DNA of 64,000 bases, from positions 4,896,001-4,960,000 of the forward strand of contig OY762428.1 in NCBI GenBank assembly GCA_963665665.1, written 5' to 3'. Origin of the DNA: Candidatus Kapaibacterium sp. GTDB lineage: Bacteria; Bacteroidota; Ignavibacteria; Kapaibacteriales; UBA2268. The notes beneath the pieces are model-generated. The model was not told where the DNA came from, did no database searches, and saw nothing but the letters and a program-made list of their open reading frames with translations. Every line of letters starts with the position of its first letter. Position 1 is the stretch's first letter. Position numbers and translations under genes: made by a program. Below are positions 41,230 through 51,672 of the stretch, piece after piece.

Positions 41230-43140
41230 TTATTGCCCTATAAGCAGTTCAAAGAATAAGTAATCATTTGGAATGATCAGTTCTCCCGGAATATTCTTAA
41301 TACCGGATTTGAGTTCAATATCCGGCGAAATGTCAGTTGCTGATTTAAGTATATCAGCAATTTCACCCGCGTCGGATATATCATCATCAGCACGGTAGTT
41401 AAGTATAATATTCCCCGAAACATGAGGTATTATATTGGACTTAAAATAGTCTCCAAGATCGGCTCTCTTATAATCATTTGGAAGCAAAAGCAGGTATCTG
41501 TGGTATTTTTTCCGGTTAATAATGAGAGGTTTTATGCTGAAAGCGCTGTTTTTAATCAGAGTCAAACTGAAATCACCAATAATATTTCCCGAAGATTCAA
41601 GCTGAAAAACAAGTTCATCCAGATCGGTCAGGTAAGAACCAAAATTCGAAATATCAATCGACATCTCTTCAGGCAACAGGCCATTACCCTGCTTCAATAT
41701 AAGCATATCAATATCATTTTTTAGTAAAAGGCGCCATTGGCCATTTATTGCTTTTTCTCCGGTATTGATAAACAAATCAAGAACAGGCGGTACAGGTTCA
41801 ACTAATTCAACACCGCTGGCAAAAGGGGAGGTCAGTTCAGTCGAGTTTGATTTTATCTGGCCATCAGCCAGCCTTTCATCAGCAACAAGCCTGTGCTTTT
41901 CTATTTTATTTTGAACACAGAGATAATCCCATAGTTGAGGAAAAATCTTATTTCCGCAAATCAGAATGGAATTTTTATTTTCCTTCATCCTGGAACTTAA
42001 AGTTTTCAATATCCTTGAATTCAACTGTTCCGCAAAATAGTTCCTATTCATATCAGGATCAATAAGGCGGTCGATATAAGGAGCGATAACCTGGTATTCA
42101 ACTGTCATATCATACTTTAATCGCAGGCTGGTAATAAGGGATTCGATTAAAATTTCGGGCTTTTCCGAATTGTTTTCAGCCCCGTTTTCATCTTGAATTC
42201 TGATTGAATATATGTCAAGTCCGCCAAGCCCACCTGGCCGGTCACTTGCGAACAGCAAAGTATTATTTATAATCGAAGGATCAGATTCATCAAATTCAGT
42301 ATTTACAGCCGTTAAAGGTTCAGGGCGCGACCAGCTGCCATTCACACGTAAGGAATAGTATAGATCATATCCTCCTCTGCCTTCGTACCCGTTCGTGGCA
42401 AATATCAATGTATCATCCCCTTTTAGGAAAGGGGTTATTTCATTACCTGCCGAATTCAGTTCATCAAGGCTCATCAAATTGCCCCATGAGCCATTATTAA
42501 GCCTGGAACACATCCATAAGTCGGTATCGGAACTTTCATTATATCCCATATTCGACGAAAAGATCATTATCCTGCCACCCGGACTTACTGCCGGGTGAGC
42601 ACAAAAGGCATTGCTTATCAGGCTGTCAACAGGTACGGGCTTTGTCCACTGCATTTTTTTATAAAAAGTTTTAAATATATTCATTACAGGCCTGCCCTCA
42701 TCCATCCTGTATGTTGACAGATATGCCTCGTTAGCTGAATAAAATGTAACATATGACTGGTTATTCCCGGAGATATTAATCGGAGAAGCAGATTTGGAAA
42801 TATTCCGAAAGATAAGTGAATCTCCGGCATTTGCCGAATAAAAGTATGAACGCCCGTCTCTTTCGGAATTGAAATATAATTTATTCTCAAAGTTGTTCCA
42901 GACAGCAGCAAAATCATCTGCATCTGAGTTTAATTCCTCGCAATTCCTCAAAGACTGCTCATAAAAATTGATTCCGTTGGCAAATACAGAAAAGTGTATT
43001 GATGTCATAAATATAAAGATCAGTAATATTATTCCCTTCCGAAGGTTTGCCACCTTTGGTAAACTTAACAAATGGATATTAAATATTTTTTCCGTGTAAT
43101 TGGAAATACTATCAAATAGTTTCATAATTGAAATTTTCAT
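41230..43140 (-). CDS. Exported PD40 (WD40-like) beta-propeller protein (start uncertain)
   Basis: LYFNSERDG, GRGGYDLY, LFASDRPGGLGGLDIY repeats. Confidence 0.75.
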   Translation of the reverse strand: MKISIMKLFDSISNYTEKIFNIHLLSLPKVANLRKGIILLIFIFMTSIHFSVFANGINFYEQSLRNCEELNSDADDFAAVWNNFENKLYFNSERDGRSYFYSANAGDSLIFRNISKSASPINISGNNQSYVTFYSANEAYLSTYRMDEGRPVMNIFKTFYKKMQWTKPVPVDSLISNAFCAHPAVSPGGRIMIFSSNMGYNESSDTDLWMCSRLNNGSWGNLMSLDELNSAGNEITPFLKGDDTLIFATNGYEGRGGYDLYYSLRVNGSWSRPEPLTAVNTEFDESDPSIINNTLLFASDRPGGLGGLDIYSIRIQDENGAENNSEKPEILIESLITSLRLKYDMTVEYQVIAPYIDRLIDPDMNRNYFAEQLNSRILKTLSSRMKENKNSILICGNKIFPQLWDYLCVQNKIEKHRLVADERLADGQIKSNSTELTSPFASGVELVEPVPPVLDLFINTGEKAINGQWRLLLKNDIDMLILKQGNGLLPEEMSIDISNFGSYLTDLDELVFQLESSGNIIGDFSLTLIKNSAFSIKPLIINRKKYHRYLLLLPNDYKRADLGDYFKSNIIPHVSGNIILNYRADDDISDAGEIADILKSATDISPDIELKSGIKNIPGELIIPNDYLFFELLIGQ

Positions 43141-43180
43141 AATTCCTGACTTATGTTTTCATCAAATTAAAAATTATATT

Positions 43181-43876
43181 CTACTCGCCGAGCAGATTCT
43201 GAACATCTTTATTTTTTCCGAAAAGCACCATCACATCATCCTTCTGAATAACTGTATCAGGCTCCGGCACGCCAATAATATTTATCCCAAGAGTATTAGC
43301 AAATTTCAGCAATGCTTTGTTACCGGATTGTCTTTTGATTGTTACCAGGTTCAACTTGTAATCTTTTCTTAGGTTTATCTCAATAAGATTTTTACCGATA
43401 AAGTATTCCGGCGCTGTAATTTCATAAATTCCAAAACCGTTTCCGATATCAAAGAATTCAATAAGCCCCGGCATCATAAGCCTGTTTGCGAGGTGTGCAG
43501 CCGAATCTGCTTCAGGAACAAGGAGCTCTTCCACACCCATTTGCTTCAGAATTTTCTCATGAATCGGGCTGATAACCCGGTTCATAATTCTTTTTACACC
43601 AATTTCCTGAAGCATCGCAGTTGTCAGCATTGATGATTCGAAGCCCTCGCCAATAGCAACTACTACAATATCCATATCCTGCAATCCTAAGCTTTTAAGC
43701 CCCGTGGAATCGGTGGAATCCAGGCATACAGCATAAGAGATTTTATCGCTTATCCTGTCGATTTTATCCTGATGGTTGTCCACTGCCATAACTTCAGCTC
43801 CAATCTCGGAAAGTCTGAGTGCCAGGTTATACCCAAAATGGCCAAGCCCGATAATACATATTTTTTTTGGTTTCAT
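43181..43876 (-). CDS. ktrA: KtrA/TrkA potassium uptake regulatory subunit
   Basis: IIGLGHFG RCK_N plus RCK_C. Confidence 0.9.
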   Translation of the reverse strand: MKPKKICIIGLGHFGYNLALRLSEIGAEVMAVDNHQDKIDRISDKISYAVCLDSTDSTGLKSLGLQDMDIVVVAIGEGFESSMLTTAMLQEIGVKRIMNRVISPIHEKILKQMGVEELLVPEADSAAHLANRLMMPGLIEFFDIGNGFGIYEITAPEYFIGKNLIEINLRKDYKLNLVTIKRQSGNKALLKFANTLGINIIGVPEPDTVIQKDDVMVLFGKNKDVQNLLGE

Positions 43877-43890
43877 AATAATTCAATAAA

Positions 43891-45666
43891 TCAGCCAACA
43901 AGAATATTCTCTCTCGGAAGGGTATATCTCGGGGATTTCCCGGGGCGGTAAAATGACATGAAAAATGTCAGCACGCCAATCCTTCCAATAAACATCATAA
44001 ATATAATCAATATTTTACCGCCGTCGCCAAGAAATCCTGTTATATTTCTGGACAGCCCGACTGTACCAACAGCCGATATAACCTCGAAAACGAGATCAAC
44101 TGGGTTTTTCGAAGGCTCGATAAGTATCAAAATAAATACCCCTACAAATAATACAATGATCGATGCCGAAATAACCATAAAGGCCCGCCTGATACTGTCC
44201 GGGTTGATTTCCCGGCGAAATAAATTCAAACGTCCCCTTCCTTTTATCAGGTTCAGCATATTAAGAAAACTAATGGAAATAGTTGTCGTTTTTATTCCGC
44301 CGCCAGTCGATCCGGGCGAAGCTCCTATCCACATCAGCAGCAGCATGATTATGAGCGCCGGCGCCGGGATCATGTCCACTGGTACGGTATTGAAACCGGC
44401 AGTCCTGCTTGTTACTGACAGGAACAGGCTGTGAAACAGTTTATCACCAGTGCCCATACCAGCATCAGGAATACCCGAAATATAAATAAGTAATGCGCCC
44501 CCAAATGTAAATACGGCTGAACTTACAAGCACAAGTTTTGTAAGCGGCCGCAGACGGTTGCTAAACTTTTCAGCAAGTGAAAAGAATACGAAACGATTCC
44601 CGTATCGGAACATATTACTTAAAGGAACAAAACCAAGCCCGCCAAGGGTTATCAGCAGCATAATTATTACAAGGAAAGGATAATTGCCGAGAACCAGGCC
44701 GTCCATCAATCCGTCTGAATAAATTGAAAATCCCGCATTGCAAAAAGCAGATACGGAATGGAATACAGACGAATACAGATATTCTGGATTCAAACTGCTA
44801 AGATTTCCGTTAAGGCATACATAAAGCGATGCGGCTCCCAATGCTTCCAGGATAAATGTAAATACGGCAATCTTCAGCAGAAGCCCCCTTACCTCGGAAA
44901 TATTATCCTCGCTAAGTAAGTCTTTCATAAGTACCCTGACACGAAAACTCATTCCACCACTCAGAAAAACAGCGAAGAAAGTTGTAAGGGTCATTATTCC
45001 GAGCCCTCCAACCTGAATTAGTGTCAGTATTACAAATTTTCCGAAAAAAGTAAATGTTGTAGCGGTATCGGTAACGATAAGGCCGGTAACACATACAGCA
45101 CTTGTTGACGTAAACAGTGCATCGAGAAAACCAAAATCTGCGCTGCTTACAGTTGCCCGGGGCATCAGCAGAACAAGAGTACCGCCAAGGATTATTATAA
45201 GGAAACTTATTGACAGAATAGCGCCGGGGTGCAGGTTTATTTTGGATATCAGGTAATTATACCTTAGCAGTTTGGTAACAAACGCCAGGAAAAGAATAAA
45301 GCTTACAACGGCTAAATACAGTAGGGAAAGCTGCTTAATACTCAGGTTTGGAAAGAGAGTGGAACTGATGTTATAAATTATATCGCCAATCACGATATTT
45401 GCAATCAGAATAACCGAGAGCAGGGTTTCAAGTTTCCTTTCCTTCACGTGGTCTTTAACTTTGTCCGACAGCATTATTCTGACAATTTCCTGCAGAACAT
45501 AAATTACGACAATAATATCTATGGCAACGCGCGAATGATCGACGAAACTTTCCGGCAGGTAAAACCCTGCGTTAGCAATGATAAGCGCAAGCGAGACAAA
45601 GCCAATAAAAGTCAGGAACCAGTCCAGCCTTTTTTTTATCAACTTTTTTTTCTCGGGAACAAGCAC
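43891..45666 (-). CDS. ktrB: KtrB/TrkH potassium uptake membrane subunit
   Basis: SAVCVTGL, SAFCNAGFS, SRTAGFN, PGSTGGGIK, SAVGTVGLS. Confidence 0.92.
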   Translation of the reverse strand: MLVPEKKKLIKKRLDWFLTFIGFVSLALIIANAGFYLPESFVDHSRVAIDIIVVIYVLQEIVRIMLSDKVKDHVKERKLETLLSVILIANIVIGDIIYNISSTLFPNLSIKQLSLLYLAVVSFILFLAFVTKLLRYNYLISKINLHPGAILSISFLIIILGGTLVLLMPRATVSSADFGFLDALFTSTSAVCVTGLIVTDTATTFTFFGKFVILTLIQVGGLGIMTLTTFFAVFLSGGMSFRVRVLMKDLLSEDNISEVRGLLLKIAVFTFILEALGAASLYVCLNGNLSSLNPEYLYSSVFHSVSAFCNAGFSIYSDGLMDGLVLGNYPFLVIIMLLITLGGLGFVPLSNMFRYGNRFVFFSLAEKFSNRLRPLTKLVLVSSAVFTFGGALLIYISGIPDAGMGTGDKLFHSLFLSVTSRTAGFNTVPVDMIPAPALIIMLLLMWIGASPGSTGGGIKTTTISISFLNMLNLIKGRGRLNLFRREINPDSIRRAFMVISASIIVLFVGVFILILIEPSKNPVDLVFEVISAVGTVGLSRNITGFLGDGGKILIIFMMFIGRIGVLTFFMSFYRPGKSPRYTLPRENILVG

Positions 45667-45834
45667 AAAAGCTCCAAAGCATTGTGAAATATATATTCAG
45701 GCAAATTATAAAAAGAGAAGTATAAATACAAATTGGATGTTTGGGCTGCATCAGGAAAGATCACACCTATTCATCTTTACTCAGATGGCCAACACCTTTA
45801 GGCGATGTCCCATTATTCTGAATTTTTACTATTT

Positions 45835-46080
45835 GTAATTCTGAACGCAGCGAAGAATCCAGTATTCATGCAAGCTATGGATCCTTTGATTCTCTCAGGA
45901 TGACATCCCCCAACTTCTTCGCAAAATTCAATAGCCACGTGCTCTATCTCGTGGATAAGGGAGGCTAAGAAAAAGAAACCACCCCTGTATTCCCCTCTAC
46001 TTTAGGAGGGGATAAGAAGTTAAATAACATAGAATTAACTCCCCCTCCTTTCGAAGGAGGGGGCCGGGGGGAGGTAGGAA
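45835..46080. repeat. Cluster of REP/MITE-like palindromes
   Basis: GTAATTCTGAACGCAGCGAAGAATCC...CAGGATGAC; AATAGCCACGTGCTCTATCTCGTGGAT; CCCCTCCTTTCGAAGGAGGGG. Confidence 0.75.
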
Positions 46081-46091
46081 GGGTCTATGGT

Positions 46092-46931
46092 AATGCACCG
46101 ATGGTCGACACTATTGAACCAATGTTTTGCTTTATTGCCGCCTTGTTTTGCTTCAAAGACCTCCCCTTCGGGGAGGGTTTGGGAGGGGTCAGAAGAAATG
46201 CACCGATGTTTGATGATATTTCCGCCTTGTTCGACACTATTGCAGCAATGTTTTGCTTTATTGCTGCCTTGGTCCAAATCGATGCACCGATGGTTGAAGA
46301 TAATGAATTCTTGGTCGACACTATTGCACCGATGTTTGGAGTCATTGCACCGATGTTCTAAGCTATTGCACCGATGTTTGGAGTCATTGCTGCCTTGTTC
46401 CAAATCGATGCACCGATGTTTGATGATAATGAACTCTTGTTTGAAGGCATTGAACTCTTGTTCGGAGGCAAAGAACATGTTCAGTAAGGTCAAACAAGCG
46501 TGGGATGAGGCCAAACAAGCGTGGGATGAGGCTAAACAAGCGTGGGATGAGGCCAAACAAGTGTGGGATAATGTCAAACAAGCGTGGGATAATGTCAAAC
46601 AAGCGTGGGATAATGTCAAACAAGCGTGGGATGAAGTCAAACAAGCGTGGGATGAGGCCAAACAAGCGTGGGATGAAGTCAAACAAGCGTGGGATGAGGC
46701 CAAACAAGCGTGAGATGAAGTCAAACAAGCGTGGGATGAGGCCAAATTTCACTACAATAAGGCCAAACAGTAGTTCAATAACTCCGGCCAAGGCAGTTTA
46801 AAGCCCTGCAATCCAAGCAATTAGCCCAAACATCAGGATTTTGATTAAAAACAGCATTGAATTAAGGGAATTATCCGGTTCATTGAAACCACAGGATGGG
46901 GAATTAAGGGCGGTGCTTGGTTCATTGGGGT
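46092..46931. repeat. Composite 21-bp tandem array, about 40 units in one phase
   Basis: Degenerate ATTGCACCGATGTTTGGAGTC-type units 46092-46490; 12 conserved CAAACAAGCGTGGGATGAGGC units 46491-46742; degenerate tail with 42-bp repeats to about 46930. Confidence 0.92.
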
Positions 46932-46971
46932 GGAAGAACGGGGGGTAAGGGCAGGAGAAGGAGGTATTATG

Positions 46972-47200
46972 TTGTCATTCCCCGACACGTCACCGAAAAA
47001 TCGGTGCAGGCAGGGGCAGGCTTCCGGAGCTTGCGACTGAAGAATCCATCTTCTTTAGCCAGATAATGTATAGGAATGGATACTTCGCTCCGCTCAGTAT
47101 GACATCCGCCCAGAGCATCGCAAAATTCAATAGCCAGGTGCTTTAGCTCGTGGATAAAGGAAGCTAAGAAAAAGAAACCACCCCGCCCTTCGGGTATCCT
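46972..47200. repeat. Cluster of REP/MITE-like palindromes
   Basis: GAAGAATCC...GGATACTTCGCTCCGCTCAGTATGAC; AATAGCCAGGTGCTTTAGCTCGTGGAT...AAGAAACCACCCC. Confidence 0.75.
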
Positions 47201-47205
47201 TCGAG

Positions 47206-49675
47206 CTTCCGCCTATCCCACCGCCACCACAGCGCTTATCAGCCCGTAACCATTATGGTTGCGCGCGCGCACGGCGTACTCGGACGGACTCTCCGGTGGT
47301 GGCAGCATAGCGCTCAGATCGCGGCCCCGCCAGGCTTTCCGCCATTTTTTACCCTTTTTTGCGCTCCGCGTCACAATCTCGTAACTCGTCGCGCCCTCCA
47401 CCTCCGGCCATGAAAAAATTTCCTGCGTGGCATCATAGTCAAAATCCGCCGGAGCCTCCGGCCTGTGCGGGTTTCCGCGCCTTTTCAGGTTCACCATCCC
47501 GATTTTCTGTATCAGCACCGAATCCTTGCCCATCACCCCGCGCCACCAGCCCTTCAGCAAGGTCAGCAGCCACTCGTCGGCCTTCATCAGCTCCTTCAGC
47601 TCCGCAGTACTGTGCATCGCGCGCTTCTTTTTCTGCTCCTGTTCCTCCAGCGCCAGCTCCGTATCGGCAATCGCCGCAGCCAGCCTGTCTATCATCAGCT
47701 GCGGAATAGTTTTCGGCAGCCCCTCCTGAACGTGCCGGTTGTGCACTTCAATAATCAGCTCGGCCCTCGAAAGCATCTCCAGGCGCGACTTTGGGAACCT
47801 CAGCCCAAAATCAAAATCCTTCAGATGCTTCTGATCATCCGCGTAAATCGGAATACCCAACGCCCGCACAATCTGATAACATTCCGTCAGCTCCCTAAGC
47901 ATGTTCTGCACCGAAAAGGTCTGTGAATGCCACTGCGCAGTGTCCACCGCCGACGAACTAATCTTATTCATGAATATATCATAACAGTCCTCAGCCCAAA
48001 TACAGATTTCCTCCGGCGCATGAAGCTCGTCACGAATAAAATCATGATTATCCTGGATTTTTCTAAGCCTTTCAGCCCTTATATCATGAGTATCCTGCGA
48101 GAAATTATTGTTTAGTATTACAGACATTATATCTCCCCGATATATAATATGATTACTAATATTAATATAAGTAATTAAATTATAAATTCAAAGAAATAAT
48201 CTACTTATACAACAAATAAAATAATAACAATTAATATTTATCTAAAATAATTTAGTAATTCTCATGTTAAAAACCATAAATAATCAATCAGAAATATTAA
48301 ATAGTGTATCTATATTGGTAAATAATTAATTCATAATATCACTTCAAATTCATTTCATATTAAATAAGCATCCTGATTTAGTAAAAAACAGATTAGCCTA
48401 ATAAATTATAATACTTTATTATATAATTGGAAAAATAATATATACAATTAGTATAACTTATTATTTTATCATATACATAAATTAATCAATAATATATATA
48501 AGGAATTTAGTTAGATAAACTATATCAAGCATAAAATAGATTATATATTTAATAAATTATACCAATAAAATATGAAATTATGATGATTATATATTCTGAT
48601 AAATGAAATATATAATAGATTACACTTACTAAATATTAATCTGATTATCCGATACTAACCAATTGCACACACCAAATCATTTACAGGATTAGGCTTCATT
48701 CAAATAATCCGGATATTAATTATTTTGAAATAAAGAATCAGAATTATAGTACAAATATTCAGACTTTCCCGATATTGATTCACAATATTGAAAGTAAGAA
48801 TCAAAATACTAAGATAAAGAATTGATATTTTCAGCAATCAGATCACTATTTTGATATAAATTATTGGAATTGTGGGGTATATGATTGATATTTTGTGGTA
48901 AATAATGACAAATCCGCCGCAGGAGGACATTCTTATCCCTCATCCCCCTGTTTATCGGAATGAAGGATAGCGGCGTAGCCGCGACATTTTTGTAGTAAAT
49001 CGATCCCGGGATGAATAACAGCCCCGTCGGGGCGGCATTTACATTTCAGATGTCGCTCCTACGGAGCTTTTTTATATTATTCCGATGCTCTTGCGACTGA
49101 AGAATCCATCTTAATTTGCCAGATTATATATGAAGAATGGATACTTCGCTCCGCTCAGTATGACATTCCATGCAGAGCATCGCAAAATTCAATAGCCACG
49201 TGCTCTATCTCGTGGATAAATGTGCAAGGTGCGAAGGCAAAGAAAAAGAATCCACCCCGTCTCGCTGCGCTCGCCACCCCTCGAGAGGGGAATTTTTCGG
49301 AATCCACCCCAGCCTGCTATGCCGCCACCCCCTGCCTGTCCCGATATATCTGGAATAAATCGGGGACGGTTGGGAAAATTTTATTGGTATGAAGGATAGC
49401 GGCGTAGCCGCGACATTTTTGTAGTAAATCGATCCCGAAAAGAACAACAGCCCCGTCGGGGCGGCATTTACATTTCAGATGTCGCTCCTACGGAGCTTCG
49501 AATGAAGATTATGCAAATATTTTCTACAAAAATTCCGCTCCTACGGAGCTTTTTTATATGATTTCGCTGCTCTTGCAACAGAGGAAGTCCACATTTACTT
49601 TGCAGATAATGTATAAAGAATGGATACTTCGCTTCGCTCAGTATGACAATCCATGCGCCAGCGGGGGACAGGTGA
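47206..49675 (-). repeat. Copy B of the duplicated cassette (429 bp longer than copy A)
   Basis: Reverse complement of 27544-29584; an ~110-bp module is present twice, at 48960 and 49389. Confidence 0.95.
47213..48127 (-). CDS. Helical protein with C-terminal FN3-like domain (copy B)
   Basis: 298/304 aa identical to 28663-29577. Confidence 0.8.
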   Translation of the reverse strand: MSVILNNNFSQDTHDIRAERLRKIQDNHDFIRDELHAPEEICIWAEDCYDIFMNKISSSAVDTAQWHSQTFSVQNMLRELTECYQIVRALGIPIYADDQKHLKDFDFGLRFPKSRLEMLSRAELIIEVHNRHVQEGLPKTIPQLMIDRLAAAIADTELALEEQEQKKKRAMHSTAELKELMKADEWLLTLLKGWWRGVMGKDSVLIQKIGMVNLKRRGNPHRPEAPADFDYDATQEIFSWPEVEGATSYEIVTRSAKKGKKWRKAWRGRDLSAMLPPPESPSEYAVRARNHNGYGLISAVVAVG

Positions 49676-49682
49676 TTTCCTC

Positions 49683-49792
49683 TCCTTCCCAAGCCCCTGC
49701 TTGGGAAGGAATATTTCCTGCAAAGTTCTACTTTGAAATAGAGAAGCTCAGTTTCAGGAAAAATGCATTACGAAGTACAACTTCGTAATGAG
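49683..49792. repeat. Palindromic element (CCCAAG...CTTGGG / TTACGAAG...CTTCGTAA type)
   Basis: TCCTTCCCAAGCCCCTGCTTGGGAAGGA and CATTACGAAGTACAACTTCGTAATG hairpins. Confidence 0.65.
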
Positions 49793-49888
49793 GGGGGTAG
49801 GAAGGGGCAGCAGGATATTTTCAATTTCATTTTCTTGATAAAAACCTTTGTTTTCTCATTTCATTCAGCTAATTTTGTACTGATAGTT

Positions 49889-50060
49889 TATGGGTGTTCT
49901 CCGTGAACCCACGGCAAACTTAAAAGGGAAGCATGTGAAAATCATGCACGGTTGCGCCGCTGTAACGGGGGACGAGCTTTTCAGGCCGAGAGGCAGCCAC
50001 TGCGGAAACGCGGGAAGGCGAAAAGCAAGAACGATCCCGGAGTCAGAAGACCTGCCCATG
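49889..50060 (+). ncRNA. Cobalamin riboswitch
   Basis: AAAAGGGAA, CCGCTGTAA, GCCACTG, GGGAAGGC, B12 box GAGTCAGAAGACCTGCC; P1 ATGGG/CCCAT; upstream of B12 uptake genes. Confidence 0.92.
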
Positions 50061-50208
50061 AATCTCATTGGCCGCCATTTGTGGCGACATCCGCGCTAAC
50101 GGATGCAGTGAAGAGATTTGATGATAAAACACTCGCACATCACTCCCGCTCATTGTACATACTCGTTAGCAAACAGTTTTGTTTGTTGAATTATCTTTTT
50201 CGAGGTTT

Positions 50209-51555
50209 ATGATGAAAAAACTTTTACTTACTTTCGCGATAGCTTTTGTTTTTTGCATGGCAAATGTTTCCGCACAGCTTAACGAGGTAATGGAAATTCA
50301 GGTTGGCACACAACCTATGGCTATTATTACCGACGAGGCAAACCAGTGCTATCATGTTTTCTGTAACGGCCAGGATATTAACTGGGACGGCATCCAGGAT
50401 GAGGGAGACGAAACACAGTCATGGTGGAAAATCCCTTTCTTACCTGAAAATTTTGACCCCGGAGCAGCTATAAAAGCAGAAAAAGTAAGGGATTTTGATT
50501 TCATGCGCATGGTATTTCCGTTCCGTCCGGGTTATAATGCTGAAGAAGGAATTGTCTATCTTTCTGATATTTCCGGCGCTACAAAGGCATATAATACAAG
50601 TAACGGCGAGTTGATAAATGATCTGAATCTGCCAACAGATTTATCCTCAACTGATGGTTTAAACAATTTTATCTTTGGAACTTCTACAACAGCTGAAGGC
50701 GACGGCATTCTTGAGATAATTGACGGAGTCGGTGGCCTTATAGAAAGTTACGAGGTCAACAAGAATCCATTCATGACATTGGCGTTTGAATACAATGGCA
50801 AAATTCATATAGTAGTGGCAAGCTATGGCGATTACAACTCTGATGATTCTGCTGTTGAAATTTTTATTGAAGATAATGTTGGTTTTACATTGGCTGCTAA
50901 GTTTGAACATTTGGGCAATACGCTGAACTATCTTACATTTTTTGAAGGTAAAATTGCCGCTGTTTCTAATGGATCGCACAAAATTGATATTATTGATTTG
51001 GAATCACTAACTATCGAAAAATCCATCAATTTGCCAACAACAGGTTATGATGGCCCGCGGGAATGCGTTTACTCTAAGGCTCACGAGCTTTTATTCGTTT
51101 CGGCTTACGATGGAAATATTTATTCTGTAAACCCTGAAACAGGAGAAGTTCTTACAGCAGTTGAAGCAGGCTGCAAAACGGAAGGCATGGCTTTCCAAAG
51201 CCCCAAATATGTGCTTGGAACGGCTATTATGGAAAAAGGCGCTTATACTTATATGGACAAGATAATCGTTTACGAAGTGAAATATACATCCGTTGATGAT
51301 AATAATTATAACTACAGCGTTTATCCGCTTCCGGCAATCAACGCTATTACAATTCAGTTCAATGAAGATATTATTTCTGCAGATAATCTCGTTGTTTACA
51401 CTCAGAACGGTGGCAAAGTAAATATCAACAACTCGTCAATAAATGCAAATAAACTAAACCTTGAACTGGCAAATTCCATTTCAAACGGTTTATACATTGT
51501 TAGTTTTACATCAAACGGTGTTGAATATAAAGTTCCGTTTGTTGTTAATAAATAA
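50209..51555 (+). CDS. YncE/BtuG-like beta-propeller with T9SS C-terminal domain
   Basis: Signal peptide, propeller-like repeats, SVYPLPA...NGLYIV...KVPFVVNK; first gene after the riboswitch. Confidence 0.7.
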   Translation: MMKKLLLTFAIAFVFCMANVSAQLNEVMEIQVGTQPMAIITDEANQCYHVFCNGQDINWDGIQDEGDETQSWWKIPFLPENFDPGAAIKAEKVRDFDFMRMVFPFRPGYNAEEGIVYLSDISGATKAYNTSNGELINDLNLPTDLSSTDGLNNFIFGTSTTAEGDGILEIIDGVGGLIESYEVNKNPFMTLAFEYNGKIHIVVASYGDYNSDDSAVEIFIEDNVGFTLAAKFEHLGNTLNYLTFFEGKIAAVSNGSHKIDIIDLESLTIEKSINLPTTGYDGPRECVYSKAHELLFVSAYDGNIYSVNPETGEVLTAVEAGCKTEGMAFQSPKYVLGTAIMEKGAYTYMDKIIVYEVKYTSVDDNNYNYSVYPLPAINAITIQFNEDIISADNLVVYTQNGGKVNINNSSINANKLNLELANSISNGLYIVSFTSNGVEYKVPFVVNK

Positions 51556-51672
51556 ATTTTCAGACATAGCATCTGCTCCCGGGCTTCGGTCCGGGGGCTC
51601 CTTTTTCGGATTGGAAATTTTGAGATTTGCACATTATCATATCAGTAATATTATCATATAGAAAATAAAAAA

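Noticed and set aside
46711-46713. TGA recoded as Trp (TGG/TGA interchange in the arrays)
   Set aside because: Conserved genes in this window end in TGA (atpH, msrC, argR, ktrB), so the standard code applies
46491-46742. CRISPR array (also considered for 7588-7860)
   Set aside because: Units are contiguous with no unique spacers, and no cas genes are present
29585-47205. Composite transposon bounded by the inverted cassettes
   Set aside because: No transposase motifs or terminal inverted repeats seen; the enclosed genes are housekeeping (argR, ispG, trxA, ktrAB)
28663-48127. DGR template/variable repeat pair
   Set aside because: Differences include many C/T synonymous changes, are not adenine-specific, span the whole gene, and no reverse transcriptase is in the window
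49468-49788. Small ORFs shared with 27361-27721
   Set aside because: Translations of palindromic repeat DNA with different starts and ends in the two copies
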